DNA from: Nitrospira sp.
Lineage (GTDB): Bacteria > Nitrospirota > Nitrospiria > Nitrospirales > Nitrospiraceae
DNA: 64,000 nt
Assembly (NCBI GenBank): GCA_047150005.1
Contig: AP038806.1
Span: forward strand, 1,376,001 to 1,440,000
Direction: 5' to 3'
The translations under genes and the position numbers were made by a program. The notes below the pieces were generated by a model. The model did not search any database. It was not told where the DNA came from and saw nothing but the letters and a program-made list of their open reading frames with translations. Shown here in pieces: positions 42,581-54,284 of this stretch; the stretch's first letter is position 1, and each line of letters starts with the position of its first letter.

Positions 42581-43222
42581 TTAAGGTTCTTCGATCACGC
42601 GGTCCGGAATTTCGTTGGGATTGTCGCCCGATGTCGTCGGGCACGCGCGGGCCAGAATCTCTCCGCAACGGCTTACGCCTGCGCACAGAGCAGCGGCCAT
42701 GTCGCCGGCGCGAACTCCTTCGATCACCGATCGCACCACTGCATCCCACTGGCCGGCGGACACCAGCCGGATCAGTTCTTTGTCCGCCAGCACGTAGACC
42801 TCGCGTTCGAGCACCGAGAGCATGAGCAGGATTCCAGTCCGTTCGCGGGTCTGGAAGATGCCGTGCTGCGCGAAGGCTCGTTCGGCCCTGAGCCGGACCT
42901 TCTGGCGCATCCGCTCGCGCGAGGTGACGAGCCGCACAATCGGCGCAAAGGTGCCGAACCACGTTCCTGCGGCATAGGCGACGACCGTGCCGAGGACCAG
43001 CCACGCTGCGTTTTCGTCGTCCCAGCTCCATGGCAGCCATGCCGCTTCCAACATAAGAAGAGCGGTGAGCGTAAGCAAGGCCAGGATGAGGCCGGTTCGA
43101 TGCTTGGCGTCCCGATACAAGCCGGATCGCGATACGATCATCGGGACGATTTCGGCGCGCGTCCGGCGCTCGGCTGCGCGGACGGCTTCGCCGACGCGCT
43201 CCCGCTCCTCCAATGTGAGCAT
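42581..43222 (-). CDS. TPM-domain membrane protein
   Basis: AERRTRAEIV, TRERTGIL, NPNEIPD; in the lemA-TPM-TPM arrangement. Confidence 0.85.
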   Translation of the reverse strand: MLTLEERERVGEAVRAAERRTRAEIVPMIVSRSGLYRDAKHRTGLILALLTLTALLMLEAAWLPWSWDDENAAWLVLGTVVAYAAGTWFGTFAPIVRLVTSRERMRQKVRLRAERAFAQHGIFQTRERTGILLMLSVLEREVYVLADKELIRLVSAGQWDAVVRSVIEGVRAGDMAAALCAGVSRCGEILARACPTTSGDNPNEIPDRVIEEP

Positions 43223-43232
43223 CCGACCACCG

Positions 43233-44132
43233 TCACCAATTGCCACTGGCCCCTCCGCCTCCGAAATCTCCGCCGCCTCCACTGAACCCGCTGTCGGACG
43301 AACCCCCGCTCCACCCGCCGCCGCGGCTGCTGTACCATGTCCAGTCGTCATACGTTCTTCGGTTCCAACCGCCGCGATTGGTCCAGAGCACGAGCCAGAG
43401 CAGGAACGCCGTCACCGCAGCCGCCGCGACTCCCAAGGCCATGCTCGCAGATTGCGCCACCAGATACGCCAACAGACTCCCGAAGAGGGCTCTGGTTCGT
43501 CGTAGCCCTTGACTGAGCACGATGCCCGCCAAAAATCCGACGACGACCCCGATAAAGACAAGCTGCAGAGCATCCGTTTCTTGACCCCAGCCCCTTCGAG
43601 CGGCGGAGCGGCCCTTCGCTTCGTACGTCCCTTCGATGGTCTTGAGGATGGCCTCGGTCCCGGCGCGCACGCCTCCCGACATGTCGCCGACTTTGAATCG
43701 CGGCACTATCTCGTCGCGAATGATATGTGCGGAACGGAGATCGGTCAGCGTTCCTTCCAGACCGTAGCCGACTTCGATACGCAGCCGTCGTTCCTTGACC
43801 GCGATCAGGAGCAATACCCCATTGTCCGCGCCCCGCTGGCCCAGCTTCCAGGAAGTCGCCACGCGATGGGCATATTCTTCCAGCGGCTCGCTCTCGAGCG
43901 ACGGCACGATCAGCACGGCGACTTGATTGGTGGTCTTCTCCTCATGAGCCTTGAGCGACGCCGTCAACGAGTCCACGTCGGACGTCGGGAGCACGTGAGC
44001 GGAGTCAACGACACGGCCGGTCAGCGGAGGAACTTCGAGTGCGAAGAGCGGGATCGCGACCAAAAGCAGGGTGATCAGGACCAAGAGCCGGAGCGGCCCT
44101 TGCCAGACCTGGCTCGTGCTCGCCAGTTTCAT
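43233..44132 (-). CDS. TPM-domain (YgcG-like) protein
   Basis: DNGVLLLIA, RIEVGYGLEG, Gly-rich tail GGGGDFGGGGASGNW. Confidence 0.92.
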   Translation of the reverse strand: MKLASTSQVWQGPLRLLVLITLLLVAIPLFALEVPPLTGRVVDSAHVLPTSDVDSLTASLKAHEEKTTNQVAVLIVPSLESEPLEEYAHRVATSWKLGQRGADNGVLLLIAVKERRLRIEVGYGLEGTLTDLRSAHIIRDEIVPRFKVGDMSGGVRAGTEAILKTIEGTYEAKGRSAARRGWGQETDALQLVFIGVVVGFLAGIVLSQGLRRTRALFGSLLAYLVAQSASMALGVAAAAVTAFLLWLVLWTNRGGWNRRTYDDWTWYSSRGGGWSGGSSDSGFSGGGGDFGGGGASGNW

Positions 44133-44148
44133 ACTCGGCCTGGAAGGC

Positions 44149-44739
44149 TTAGAACTTGACTTGCGGCGGCGTAGCGACGCTCTTTTCGTCAGCCACGGCG
44201 AAGTTGGGCCGCTCCTCGAGATGGAGCAAGAACTTGGCAGTCAGGTTCGTCGGAAAGTACCGGACCATCTTGTTGTACTCGGCCACGCGGTCGATGTAGC
44301 GCTTGCGCGCGACGGCAATGCGATTCTCCGTGCCTTCCAACTGGCTCTGCAGATCTCGAAAATTCTGATCGGCTTTCAGATTTGGGTAGTTTTCAGCGAT
44401 CGCGATCAGCCGTCCCAGCGCCGACGTGAGACCGGCTTGTGCGTTCTGAAACCGCTCAAACGCTTCGGGATTGTTCAGGCTTTCCGGCGTGATCTGAACT
44501 CCGGTCGCCTGTGCCCGCGCCTGTACGACCCCTTCGAGCGTGTCCTTCTCATGAGCCGCATAGCCTTTGACCGTGGCCACAAGATTGGGAATGAGGTCCG
44601 CCCTCCGCTGGTATTGATTCACCACTTCACTCCACGCGGCCTTCGTATCCTCGTCCAGTCCCTGCAAATCGTTATAGCCGCACCCGTTCAGACAGGCGAC
44701 CAACACCACCCAGCCGGCGATCCTTCGCATTGTACCCAT
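44149..44739 (-). CDS. lemA: LemA family protein
   Basis: YQRRADLIPNLV, YPNLKA, LEGTENRIAVAR; GGAGGAGG RBS. Confidence 0.95.
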   Translation of the reverse strand: MGTMRRIAGWVVLVACLNGCGYNDLQGLDEDTKAAWSEVVNQYQRRADLIPNLVATVKGYAAHEKDTLEGVVQARAQATGVQITPESLNNPEAFERFQNAQAGLTSALGRLIAIAENYPNLKADQNFRDLQSQLEGTENRIAVARKRYIDRVAEYNKMVRYFPTNLTAKFLLHLEERPNFAVADEKSVATPPQVKF

Positions 44740-44816
44740 GATCCTCCTCCTTCTGACGAGCCGCCCACTCATGCTATCATGGCCTGCGGTCTTGGATATA
44801 TTGCGCCCCAAGGGAC

Positions 44817-45122
44817 ATGTCACGTGACCACTCAACGCGTTCGCCCGGCGGATTCCAGGTCCGCCACCGATCGCTCGGCTTGTATCAAGGAAGCGCGATC
44901 GAACTGGCCTTCTGGCATCCGTCGTCCGGGATGCCCGAGTATGGGCTCTATCGATTTGCCACCGAGATGCAGGCGCAGTCCTTGATCGACTTTCTCGTCT
45001 CTGCCGCCTGTGCGGAGCCGCTTGACAGGGAAGACTTGCTGATTGAGCCGTTCGACCTGGCCGAGCACGAACGACTCGTCGCCGAATATCCGTTGCCGTC
45101 CGCCTGGGAACAGCCGCTTTGA
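44817..45122 (+). CDS. Hypothetical protein (101 aa)
   Basis: Fills the gap divergent from lemA; plausible composition. Confidence 0.5.
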   Translation: MSRDHSTRSPGGFQVRHRSLGLYQGSAIELAFWHPSSGMPEYGLYRFATEMQAQSLIDFLVSAACAEPLDREDLLIEPFDLAEHERLVAEYPLPSAWEQPL

Positions 45123-45124
45123 AT

Positions 45125-45152
45125 CGAGAAGCGTCCCTCGTGAAAGGTATCT
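45125..45152. repeat. Heptamer element, copy F (single degenerate arm)
   Basis: CGAGAAG CGTCCCT CGTGAAA GGTATCT, two bases after a stop codon. Confidence 0.55.
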
Positions 45153-45209
45153 TAAGGGGTGTCGAAACAGATCGACTTCGATGTGAAGTGAAGAGTCAGC
45201 CCTCTTGGC

Positions 45210-45728
45210 CTAACTGGCGGCCCGCAGTTTGGGAGCGAGCCGGCCATGGTTTTCCATGGTGCGGGATTGCACGAACGCCAGCAAGCGTTTGTTCTCCTGA
45301 GCGGCCCGTAGAAACTTGAACGCAATGCCTCTCTGGCTGACCGATCGGACCATGGCCGCCACTTCCAACGGCGGTTCATCCTGGTCGGTCGTGATCTCCA
45401 GATAAAAGATATCGTCCACATGAACCTGCGTGTCGCTCTTGATGATGCACCCGCCGACCGAGAGGTCCATCACAATGCCCTCACCGCGCACTTTGCCTCC
45501 GGAAAACGACAGATAGAGGCGAACCGGAATTCGGAGATGCTGGCGTCGCTCGACCTTTCGCGCGGGGAGAGCCAGGCCGATCCGGGAGGCCATGAATCGA
45601 CAACTGCAATGCTGGCAGCTGAAGGGGGACATCATCAACAGCGCCGCGACTCGCTCGCCGGCCGAAACCGGCTGCGCACGCAAGACGTGTTCTTGACGGC
45701 ACTGCGGGCACTGGAGGAGGCGGGCCAT
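45210..45728 (-). CDS. Zinc-ribbon plus PilZ domain protein
   Basis: CPQC...CQHC, then ERRQHLR (RxxxR) and DLSVGG (DxSxxG) c-di-GMP motifs. Confidence 0.88.
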   Translation of the reverse strand: MARLLQCPQCRQEHVLRAQPVSAGERVAALLMMSPFSCQHCSCRFMASRIGLALPARKVERRQHLRIPVRLYLSFSGGKVRGEGIVMDLSVGGCIIKSDTQVHVDDIFYLEITTDQDEPPLEVAAMVRSVSQRGIAFKFLRAAQENKRLLAFVQSRTMENHGRLAPKLRAAS

Positions 45729-45866
45729 GGCGTCGTCGGGTGTGATCCACGTCCGGCTTGTTTGATCGGGGACTGTCTTGAGACCATCGATAAGGCAACT
45801 CCCCGGTCCTGTCAACAAAACAGCGCTTTTCCCGGGAGACCCGTCCGGCGAGGGCGCCGACCGCGC

Positions 45867-46658
45867 CTAGTGAAACTCCGCGTGGGGGTCGGCCGGCACA
45901 CCGGTGAGGGGACCGGGTTCGGCGATCGTCGATCGGAGGAATTCCCGATTGAACGTGGCGATGAAATGCACACTGATCGATTTCGGACAGACGGCTTCGC
46001 ACTCGTATTGGTTGCCGCAGGAGCCGAATCCCTCTCGATCCATGGCCCTCATCATCGCATCGGCGCGCCTGGCCCGTTCCGGTTCACCCTGGGGCAGATG
46101 AGCCAAGTGGGATACCTTTGCCGCGACGAACAACATGGCCGACGCATTCCGACAGGCGGCCACGCAGGCGCCGCAGCCGATGCAGGAGGCGGCATCCATC
46201 GCCGTTTCCGCCCGATCCTTGCCGATGAGAATGGTATTGCCGTCGACCGCGCCTCCGGTGTTCGAAGAAACATAACCGCCCGCCTGCATGATGCGATCCA
46301 AAGCCCGACGATCCACGATCAAATCCCTGATCACGGGAAATGCCTTGGCGCGCCAGGGTTCGATGGTGAGGACCGTCTCGTCGGCGAACCGGCGCATATA
46401 GAGTTGGCAGGTGGCGACGCCTCGGTCGGGACCGTGAGGTATACCGTTGATGACGAGGGAACAGGCCCCACAGATGCCTTCGCGACAATCCGATTCAAAG
46501 GCGATCGGCTCCTCGCCGTTCAGAATCAGCCGCTGATTGATCACATCCAGCATTTCGAGGAACGACATGGCGGGACTGATATCGGTGGCCGGATACGTCA
46601 TGAACGCGCCCTCGTCGTTCGGGCCCCGTTGCCGCCACACATTCAAGGTAAAGTGCAT
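45867..46658 (-). CDS. sdhB: Succinate dehydrogenase/fumarate reductase Fe-S subunit
   Basis: [28 protein letters not shown]. Confidence 0.96.
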   Translation of the reverse strand: MHFTLNVWRQRGPNDEGAFMTYPATDISPAMSFLEMLDVINQRLILNGEEPIAFESDCREGICGACSLVINGIPHGPDRGVATCQLYMRRFADETVLTIEPWRAKAFPVIRDLIVDRRALDRIMQAGGYVSSNTGGAVDGNTILIGKDRAETAMDAASCIGCGACVAACRNASAMLFVAAKVSHLAHLPQGEPERARRADAMMRAMDREGFGSCGNQYECEAVCPKSISVHFIATFNREFLRSTIAEPGPLTGVPADPHAEFH

Positions 46659-46686
46659 GGTTCGCGCGATCCTGTCTCAGGCCCCT

Positions 46687-48600
46687 CTATTGATAACTCC
46701 GCATGCCCGGTTGGACGAACTCAAAGGTCAGCGGCTCCTTGTGCAGGGTTGGCGTCCCGTTGGGCTGATATTCCCACGCGGCGACAAAGGCGAACCGTCC
46801 GTCGTCACGAATCGGCTCTCCGTCGGCGGTTTGGTGCTCCTCGCGGAAATGCGCACCACAGGATTCTTCGCGGTACAGCGCGTCATGGCACAGCAACTCC
46901 GCGAAATCCAGGAAGTCCGCCACCCTGCCCGCATACTCCAATTGCTGATTGAATGTCTCGCCCGAACCAGGGATGGCCACCTGACGCCAGAAATCGTGCC
47001 GTAGCGGTGGGATGGTCTGCAAGGCGTGATGGAGCCCGGAGCGATGGCGTGCCATTCCGCACGCGTTCCACATGATGTGGCCGAGCGCGCGATGAAACGA
47101 GGCCGCCGTGCGCTTGCCGTTGCCCTCGAGCAGTTTCGCCGAGCGGGCGTTCACACGCTCCATCGCCGCCCGAGCGTCCGGATGGTCGGGCACAATCGGC
47201 TCGTTCTTGGTCGTGGCCAGATAGTGTCCAATCGTATACGGCAGAATGAAGTATCCGTCGGCCAACCCCTGCATCAATGAGCTGGCTCCCAATCGATTGG
47301 CTCCGTGATCGGCGAAATTGGCCTCGCCGACGACAAAGAGACCCGGGATGGTACTCATGAGATTGTAATCCACCCACAGGCCCCCCATCGTATAGTGCGG
47401 CGCCGGGTAGATCCGCATCGGAACTTTATACGCATCTTCTCCCGTAATGCGCTGATACATCTCGAACAGATTCCCGTAACGTTCCCGAACCAGTCCAAGG
47501 CCCTCCCGCTCGATCACCTCGGCAAAATCGAGATACACGCCGTGACCGCCCGGTCCGACCCCGCAGCCCTCGTCACACACGGCCTTCACGGCGCGCGACG
47601 CCACGTCACGAGGCACGAGATTGCCGAACCGCGGGTAACGCCGCTCCAGAAAATAGTCCCGCTCAGACTCGGGAATCTCCTCAGGCGCACGCGCATCCCC
47701 CGCCCGTTGAGGCACCCACATTCTGCCGTCGTTGCGAAGCGATTCGGACATGAGCGTCAGCTTGGCCTGGTGCTCCTCGCTCGGCGGAATGGCGGTCGGG
47801 TGAATCTGAGTGAAACACGGATTGGCGAACGCGGCGCCTTGCTTCCAGGCCCGATAAGTCGCGGTGACATTGCAGCCGGTGGCATTCGTCGAAAGATAGA
47901 AGATATTGCTGTAGCCTCCGGTCGCGAGGACGACGGCCTGCGCCACATGCACGCTGAGCCGGCCGGAGATTAGATCGCGGACCACGATCCCGCAAGCGTG
48001 ACCGTCGACGACGATCAGATCCAACATTTCGGTTCGCGGATGCATGACGACCTGGCCGCGTTCAATTTGCCAACAGAGCGCCGAATAGGCACCCAGCAGC
48101 AATTGCTGACCCGTTTGCCCTCGACAATAGAAGGTGCGCGAGACCTGCACACCTCCAAATGAGCGATTGGCCAACTGCCCTCCGTATTCGCGGGCGAAGG
48201 GGACGCCCAGCGCCACGCATTGGTCGATGATCTGCGTGCTGACCTGCGCCAGTCGATACACGTTCGCTTCGCGGGAACGGAAGTCGCCGCCTTTGATGGT
48301 GTCGTAGAACAGACGGGCGATGCTGTCGCCGTCGTCCTGGTAATTCTTGGCCGCGTTGATGCCGCCCTGGGCGGCGATGCTGTGGGCGCGGCGCGGACTA
48401 TCGTGGAAGCAGAAACAGTCGACGTGGTAGCCGAGTTGGCCCAGGGTGGAGGCGGCGCTGGCACCCGCGAGCCCTGTTCCGACGACGATGACCTTGATGG
48501 CCTGCTTGTTGTTGGGGCTGACCAGTTTCTCGGTAAACCGGTGCCGGTCCCATTTTGTTTCCAGCGGGCCCGACGGCACCTTCGAGTCGAGACGGATCAT
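46687..48600 (-). CDS. sdhA: Succinate dehydrogenase/fumarate reductase flavoprotein
   Basis: [39 protein letters not shown]. Confidence 0.97.
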   Translation of the reverse strand: MIRLDSKVPSGPLETKWDRHRFTEKLVSPNNKQAIKVIVVGTGLAGASAASTLGQLGYHVDCFCFHDSPRRAHSIAAQGGINAAKNYQDDGDSIARLFYDTIKGGDFRSREANVYRLAQVSTQIIDQCVALGVPFAREYGGQLANRSFGGVQVSRTFYCRGQTGQQLLLGAYSALCWQIERGQVVMHPRTEMLDLIVVDGHACGIVVRDLISGRLSVHVAQAVVLATGGYSNIFYLSTNATGCNVTATYRAWKQGAAFANPCFTQIHPTAIPPSEEHQAKLTLMSESLRNDGRMWVPQRAGDARAPEEIPESERDYFLERRYPRFGNLVPRDVASRAVKAVCDEGCGVGPGGHGVYLDFAEVIEREGLGLVRERYGNLFEMYQRITGEDAYKVPMRIYPAPHYTMGGLWVDYNLMSTIPGLFVVGEANFADHGANRLGASSLMQGLADGYFILPYTIGHYLATTKNEPIVPDHPDARAAMERVNARSAKLLEGNGKRTAASFHRALGHIMWNACGMARHRSGLHHALQTIPPLRHDFWRQVAIPGSGETFNQQLEYAGRVADFLDFAELLCHDALYREESCGAHFREEHQTADGEPIRDDGRFAFVAAWEYQPNGTPTLHKEPLTFEFVQPGMRSYQ

Positions 48601-49283
48601 CACCGCAGAACCCCCAGTGCGATCGCCAGGACGATCGCCGAATTGCCCAGCACCACCGTTCCGGCCACGAACGGACCGGCAGCTCTGAAGACTCGATTGA
48701 GGATCGGATGCTCCAATCCCAACGTTTGCAGGCTGCTGGATACGCCATGACTCAGATGCACCGCCAGCACTCCTTGCGAGAGGAGATACAGCAGCGCGAA
48801 CCACGGAATCTGAAACGTGTGGATCATTCGGCCGTAGACGTCCCGGTGGCCCCTCGGATCGAGCCTGTCCATGAACGAGGTGTCGACGACCCCGGCCGTG
48901 AAATGCAACAGATGAAACACGATGAACAACAGAAGAAGGCTTCCGGTCAAGGCCATCGAGCGGGAGGAGAGCGATGCCTGCCGGTAGACCCGGTTTGCAT
49001 AGGCCACGGGGCGAGCCCGACGGTTTCGTATCACCAGTTGGATCGTCAATCCGATGTGCAACGCCGCGGCCAACACAAGTCCGCCCCTGGCGGACCAGAG
49101 AAAGATGGGCATTTCCTGAAGAAAGGCCGCGTAGGTGTTGAGCGCTTCCTGGCCGTCGAACACCTGCAGATTGCCGAGCATATGGAACACGACAAATCCG
49201 GCGAGCATCAGACCCGTCAGCGCGACCACGATCTTGCTGCCGAGTGAGGTGCAGAAGATGGTGAAGAACCGCGTCATCCTCAC
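48600..49283 (-). CDS. sdhC: Succinate dehydrogenase cytochrome b subunit
   Basis: [23 protein letters not shown] heme ligands. Confidence 0.93.
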   Translation of the reverse strand: MRMTRFFTIFCTSLGSKIVVALTGLMLAGFVVFHMLGNLQVFDGQEALNTYAAFLQEMPIFLWSARGGLVLAAALHIGLTIQLVIRNRRARPVAYANRVYRQASLSSRSMALTGSLLLLFIVFHLLHFTAGVVDTSFMDRLDPRGHRDVYGRMIHTFQIPWFALLYLLSQGVLAVHLSHGVSSSLQTLGLEHPILNRVFRAAGPFVAGTVVLGNSAIVLAIALGVLR

Positions 49284-50731
49284 GGTGACGGCGCTCCCTG
49301 CCCCACCTCCCCGTTGCGGATCGTCAGCGTTGAGACCGGATACCAGCGGTCCGCGCGCTTCCCGGCAATCGCCAACTCCACGGCCGCTGTTCCTCCGTCC
49401 TCGCTCAAGATTGCCACGTCAAGATGATAGCGCCCAGCCGGAAGGTCTTTCGCCAAAGTCACCACATCTTCGACCAGGATCGGTGAGCCCGGCAACCAGT
49501 TCATGAGACGGGCGCGGCTCAGCCATTGTGCCGCTACGTCGTCTTGCTCCGACCTCAAGCGATAGGCCAGCGGGCGAACATGATACATCGGAGCCACTCC
49601 GACGTTGTCCCATCGTGATTCAATGGCGACGACGCCGCCCGGACTGGTCTCGGCGGCGTGCGTCAATTCGCGAAGCACCAGCCGATATCCGAGCCGCTTT
49701 TGAAACTCGTCGATGCGCGGACGCCAGGCCTCCGGAATAGGCGAGGACTTGGCGTTCAGTACCGTAACATGCCACTCCAGTCCTTTCTGCAGAATCATGT
49801 CGAGATCGAAGCCCTTGTCGACCCAATCCTGCATGACGCCGCACACCTCGAATTGTACGGGGCCTCGCTTCCACGCCTCCGCGACGACCGGATCCCGTAG
49901 TTTGCGGGCATAGCCATGCTCCATATGGTTCCAATCGGGCCCGAAGTAGCCGAAGTCGCCAAAACAGTCCCCGCGCCAGCCGGCCCCCCGAGCAATTGCA
50001 TACGTCAGTTGGCCGCCGGCCAACATCACGAGAGGCCGGTCTGGGAAGTACTGGAAGTACCAATCGGTGATCTTGCGCTGATTGTCCTCCGTCGGATACA
50101 GCTGCTTGCATCGCGCTTCCACCCCGAAGCAACAGGCCATGTTCCATTCTCCCCAGCAACCGATCGAGCCAATGTCCACGTGATCAATATCGGGCGACCG
50201 CCCATAGCGAGCCCCGAAGGCGGCGAGTAGCTTTTCGTGATAGTCGAGAAAGACGGGATTGTTATAGTCGGGAAAAATTCCATCGGTCTCCTTGACGCTC
50301 TCGACGCCCTTATCCAGCAGCCATTGAGGCGATCCACGTTCGTACTCTGTCATGATCCGGAAAGCGAGGGTCTCCCCTTTGACCTTAGCCTGCTGGATCA
50401 CCTGATCGACAAACTCGAAGTTATAGACACCCTCGGCCGGTTCAAGGTCGGCCCAGGACCAACGGAAATAGGCGACGGTCGAGCGAGGGTATTGACTCAA
50501 CGACGGAGGATGGTCAAAGCCGAAATGAAAATCGGCGAACCCCATGCCGGGATTGTAGAGAATGTCGTCGATCTCGACCGGACGCACGGTGACCAACGGC
50601 ACGCGCGCGCTTTGCGCCTTCGCCCCGGAGACAGGCTCATCCGCTGCAACGATACCGGTCAGGGTCGCGAGCGAAAGGAAGAGACAACAGATCGTGAGGA
50701 GGGTCGGAAACGACTGCGACGTCTTCACCAT
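49280..50731 (-). CDS. Exported DUF4832 / glycoside-hydrolase-like protein
   Basis: [37 protein letters not shown]; start uncertain. Confidence 0.75.
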   Translation of the reverse strand: MVKTSQSFPTLLTICCLFLSLATLTGIVAADEPVSGAKAQSARVPLVTVRPVEIDDILYNPGMGFADFHFGFDHPPSLSQYPRSTVAYFRWSWADLEPAEGVYNFEFVDQVIQQAKVKGETLAFRIMTEYERGSPQWLLDKGVESVKETDGIFPDYNNPVFLDYHEKLLAAFGARYGRSPDIDHVDIGSIGCWGEWNMACCFGVEARCKQLYPTEDNQRKITDWYFQYFPDRPLVMLAGGQLTYAIARGAGWRGDCFGDFGYFGPDWNHMEHGYARKLRDPVVAEAWKRGPVQFEVCGVMQDWVDKGFDLDMILQKGLEWHVTVLNAKSSPIPEAWRPRIDEFQKRLGYRLVLRELTHAAETSPGGVVAIESRWDNVGVAPMYHVRPLAYRLRSEQDDVAAQWLSRARLMNWLPGSPILVEDVVTLAKDLPAGRYHLDVAILSEDGGTAAVELAIAGKRADRWYPVSTLTIRNGEVGQGAPSP

Positions 50732-50796
50732 CGCTCCATAAAATTGGAGACTCACTTCCTCTCTCTCATTGTTGTGGTCATCGCGTAAAATGTCAA

Positions 50797-52071
50797 TCAT
50801 GCCGGACCAACCGTTTGCCTGGCGATGGCACGGCCGGCCAGCGACCCGGTAGCCCAGGCCCATTGAAAATTGAACCCGCCGATCCGCCCGTCGCAGTCGA
50901 GCATCTCACCGATAAGATAGAGCCCCGAAACCAGCCTGGATTCCATCGTGCGATAGTCGACCTCTTCCAACGGAACGCCGCCGGTCGTCACCTCGGCGTG
51001 GTTCCACCCGCGGTCTCGCACAATAGGCAGCCGAAATCTGATCAGCGCGCCGACAAGACGAAGCCGGTCTTGGCGGGGGCATTGGGCCAACGGACCCAAT
51101 GGGTCGCACCCGACATGCCGGCTGATCTCCTCGGCGAAGCGTGCCGGCACACGTTGGGACAGGGTCTTCACAATGCTCCTGTGCGGCGACTGCACGGCCT
51201 GTTGCACGAACCATTGATCGACATCTTCGGGCGTCGAATCCGGCAGAAAATTGGCGAATACGTCCGCGTCTTTGCCCTGATGCCATGCCAGGGTCCAGAA
51301 GCGGCTCGCATCCATCACGACCGGACCACTGATCCCGAAATGAGTCCACAGCAGACTCCCGGTCCGCTGATCGACCCTTTTCCGTTCAATGACCGTCGTC
51401 AAACGGACGATCTGAGAGAGACCAGTGAGGTGCCGGTGAAACATGCCTTCGTCCAAGACCAGAGGAACCAGCGCCGGGCTCGTCGGCGAGATCCGGTGTC
51501 CCAACTGTTCGGCCATGACATAGCCCGTTCCATCGCTGCCGGACTTCGGAAGTGAGCGTCCTCCCGTCGCCAACACCACCTTCTTGGCGACCACGCTTCC
51601 GTGCAGATGATGCACCATGAATGCCTGGCCATCGTGCTGGTCCGGCGCTTGATCTATTCGGTTTACGCGATGCCGGCACAGAATCTCTACGCCGTGGGCC
51701 TGACAGCCGCTGACCAGGGCGCTCAAGACCGTTCGAGCCTTGTCGGTGACGGGGAACAGCTTCCCCGTTTCTTCGCGTTTGAGTTCCACGCCCAGCGACG
51801 CGAACCACGCAATGGTGTCCGGAACCGGAAACCCCGCGAGAATATTCTTGATGATCCGCCGATTTCCAAAGAAGTCGGTCGGAGCAACCGTGTGATGCGT
51901 CACATTGCAGCGTCCACCTCCCGATACCAGAATCTTCACTCCGATCGTCGCCGCTCCGTCGAGGAGCACGATGCGGTTATCGTTCGCGTGGGCTTGAGCC
52001 GCGAAGATGGCGGCCGTCAGGCCGGCCGCCCCGGCCCCGACGATGACGACGTCCGCCGTTTGCTTGTTCAT
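50797..52071 (-). CDS. HI0933/BaiN-family flavoprotein
   Basis: GAGAAG, KILVSGGGRCNVT, ATGG.S.P..GSDG, GGFNFQWAW. Confidence 0.93.
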   Translation of the reverse strand: MNKQTADVVIVGAGAAGLTAAIFAAQAHANDNRIVLLDGAATIGVKILVSGGGRCNVTHHTVAPTDFFGNRRIIKNILAGFPVPDTIAWFASLGVELKREETGKLFPVTDKARTVLSALVSGCQAHGVEILCRHRVNRIDQAPDQHDGQAFMVHHLHGSVVAKKVVLATGGRSLPKSGSDGTGYVMAEQLGHRISPTSPALVPLVLDEGMFHRHLTGLSQIVRLTTVIERKRVDQRTGSLLWTHFGISGPVVMDASRFWTLAWHQGKDADVFANFLPDSTPEDVDQWFVQQAVQSPHRSIVKTLSQRVPARFAEEISRHVGCDPLGPLAQCPRQDRLRLVGALIRFRLPIVRDRGWNHAEVTTGGVPLEEVDYRTMESRLVSGLYLIGEMLDCDGRIGGFNFQWAWATGSLAGRAIARQTVGPA

Positions 52072-52273
52072 GACCGGAGTCGCATGGGAACATGGAACGT
52101 GTTCTGAAGACGATCAGCGCATAACTATCAGCACAGCCCTGACGGCGCAAGGGCGGAAAGGGATCGAAACGATCGTCTCAAGGACGGTGGGAATCCCGAT
52201 CGGATCCGGCGAGGACCAGAATTTCTCCTGAAAATCTCCGATGATCGGTTCCCCTGTTTCGCATTAGAGGGTT

Positions 52274-52299
52274 TTAACTAACCGTTAACACCCCGTTAA
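52274..52299 (+). promoter_or_regulatory. Three TTAA-core direct repeats at 11-bp period (OmpR/PhoB-type box)
   Basis: ttTTAActaaccgTTAAcaccccgTTAAt, with TTAA at 52274, 52285 and 52296. Confidence 0.5.
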
Positions 52300-52353
52300 T
52301 CTATTGATGCTACTGTTGCGCTCGTACTCAAACCTGTTTCTGGGAGGTGGGCA

Positions 52354-52524
52354 ATGACCTGTCAAAAATGTCACGGCTTGATGATCGAGGAGTGGCGGCC
52401 TGAGTATTCAACTGACGTCACCGTGCACCGTTGCATCAATTGCGGTCTGGTACTTGATCCACTGATTGCCCAGAATCGCTCCTTAAAAGGACGAGGCAAG
52501 CAACCGATTCTCGATGCCGCTTAG
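52354..52524 (+). CDS. Small zinc-ribbon protein (56 aa), missing from the ORF track
   Basis: GGGAGG RBS; MTCQKCHGLM...RCINCGLVLDPLIAQNR. Confidence 0.8.
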   Translation: MTCQKCHGLMIEEWRPEYSTDVTVHRCINCGLVLDPLIAQNRSLKGRGKQPILDAA

Positions 52525-52855
52525 GGTTCGTTCTGGTTCGGCTGGCTCGGACGACTTGCCGTGCCGGCTGAACAGGGCAGGCGTGGACGTCGCGCACACG
52601 ACCGGACCGAAACCTACCAGTGGTTCCGATCGGGACCACGGTTCTCGCTCGTCGCGGCCCGACGTCTACCTCTACCCTCTCTCTTCTCGCCCATCAACCC
52701 CCTGTCCCTCCTACCGTGATTTGGTCAAATGCATGACCGAAGTACGCCGTTCCTGAGTCGCGCGCCGACTCCCAGTCGCACCACGACTGGTTGGAGGACG
52801 GCAGCTCTCCTATGGTAGCCTAGCGGTGACGACAGCCAAGACCCCACGAGGAGCC

Positions 52856-54277
52856 ATGAGCATCAAACCGGCGACCGATAAGGTTTTCACTATCCTGCTG
52901 GTAGAGGACAATGGCGGGGACGTGGAAGTATTCCTGCATACCGTCGAGGCAGAACTTCCCCGCGAGCAAGATGAGCAGGTCGACTTGGTGATCGCCGCGC
53001 GCGCAGAGGGTGCGATGAAGATCCTCGAAGACAGGCGGGTTGACCTGGTGATTACGGAAGTCCGGCTGCCGGGAATGAGCGGCATTGAGCTGCTGCAGCG
53101 AATTCAGGCAAGAGACCGCAGGATTCCGGTCATCGTGATCAGTCGGGTGGCCACAGTGGACACAGCCGTCGAAGCGATGCGGTGCGGAGCATTCGACTAT
53201 GTTACGAAACCGTTCGAAAAGCTGGACCTGGCGGCCAGGATTCATCGGGCGATGCGGATTTCAGAGATCTTATTCCGCTACGAGCCGCCCCAGAAGACAG
53301 AGCTTCAGACGTTCAAAGAATTAATCGGCGTGAGCCCCGCCATCCGCAACGTGACTGCCATGATCGAAGCCGCAGCGCGCGTGCAGTCCACCACCTTGAT
53401 CATTGGAGAAACCGGCACGGGGAAGGAATTGATCGCCAGAGCCATCCACGAACGAAGTACCGAGCGTGACGGTCCGTTTCAGGTCGTCGACTGCACGACC
53501 TTCTCGGAAGGAACGGTCGAAAGCGAGCTCTTCGGCCACGTGCGCGGCGCCTTTACGGGCGCCGTGGGCGACAAGCTCGGATTGATCGAACGAGGCATCG
53601 GGGGCACGCTGTTTCTCGACGAGATCGGCGACCTGCCGCTTCCGTTACAAGCCAAGTTGCTCCGGGTCCTTGAGGAAGGAGAAATGCGGGCCGTGGGGAG
53701 CGTGCAGATGAAAAAAGTCAGCGCACGCTTCATTGCGGCGACCAATCAAGAACTCACCGAGAAGGTGAAACGGAATGAATTCCGCAAGGATCTCTTCTTC
53801 CGGCTCAATGTCATGGCCATCAGGGTGCCGTCCCTGCGCGAGCGCACGCAGGATATTCCGCTCCTTGCCCGGCATTTCATCGCCCGATATACGAAGGAAT
53901 TCGGCAAGTATGTGAACGAATTGCATCCCTCTGCCGTCACGGAACTTGTGGCCTATCCTTGGCCCGGAAACGTTCGGGAGCTCCGCAATGTCATGGAACG
54001 GGCGGTGATGTTGGCCAAAGGGGATCGTATCAGTCAAGACGATGTCATCGGTCTACTACAGTTTACCGACCAAGCGAGAAGAGGCCAAGGGGACGACTAC
54101 CTCTCTCTTCCCTATGCGAAAGCGAAAGAGAAAGTACTGGAGGACTTCAGTCGCCGCTACATCAAGTCGAAACTGGACCACCACCAGGGCAATGTCACGC
54201 ATGCAGCTCAAGAAGCAGGACTCCCTCGCTCCTATTTCCACGAAATCATGAGACGATATTTGCGCGACGATAAGTAA
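52856..54277 (+). CDS. Sigma-54-dependent activator (NtrC-like REC-AAA+-HTH)
   Basis: GETGTGKE, ESELFGH, GAFTGA, LFLDEIG, WPGNVREL, Fis-type HTH; receiver reads DLVITE rather than DLVITD. Confidence 0.95.
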   Translation: MSIKPATDKVFTILLVEDNGGDVEVFLHTVEAELPREQDEQVDLVIAARAEGAMKILEDRRVDLVITEVRLPGMSGIELLQRIQARDRRIPVIVISRVATVDTAVEAMRCGAFDYVTKPFEKLDLAARIHRAMRISEILFRYEPPQKTELQTFKELIGVSPAIRNVTAMIEAAARVQSTTLIIGETGTGKELIARAIHERSTERDGPFQVVDCTTFSEGTVESELFGHVRGAFTGAVGDKLGLIERGIGGTLFLDEIGDLPLPLQAKLLRVLEEGEMRAVGSVQMKKVSARFIAATNQELTEKVKRNEFRKDLFFRLNVMAIRVPSLRERTQDIPLLARHFIARYTKEFGKYVNELHPSAVTELVAYPWPGNVRELRNVMERAVMLAKGDRISQDDVIGLLQFTDQARRGQGDDYLSLPYAKAKEKVLEDFSRRYIKSKLDHHQGNVTHAAQEAGLPRSYFHEIMRRYLRDDK

Positions 54278-54284
54278 TTTCAGC

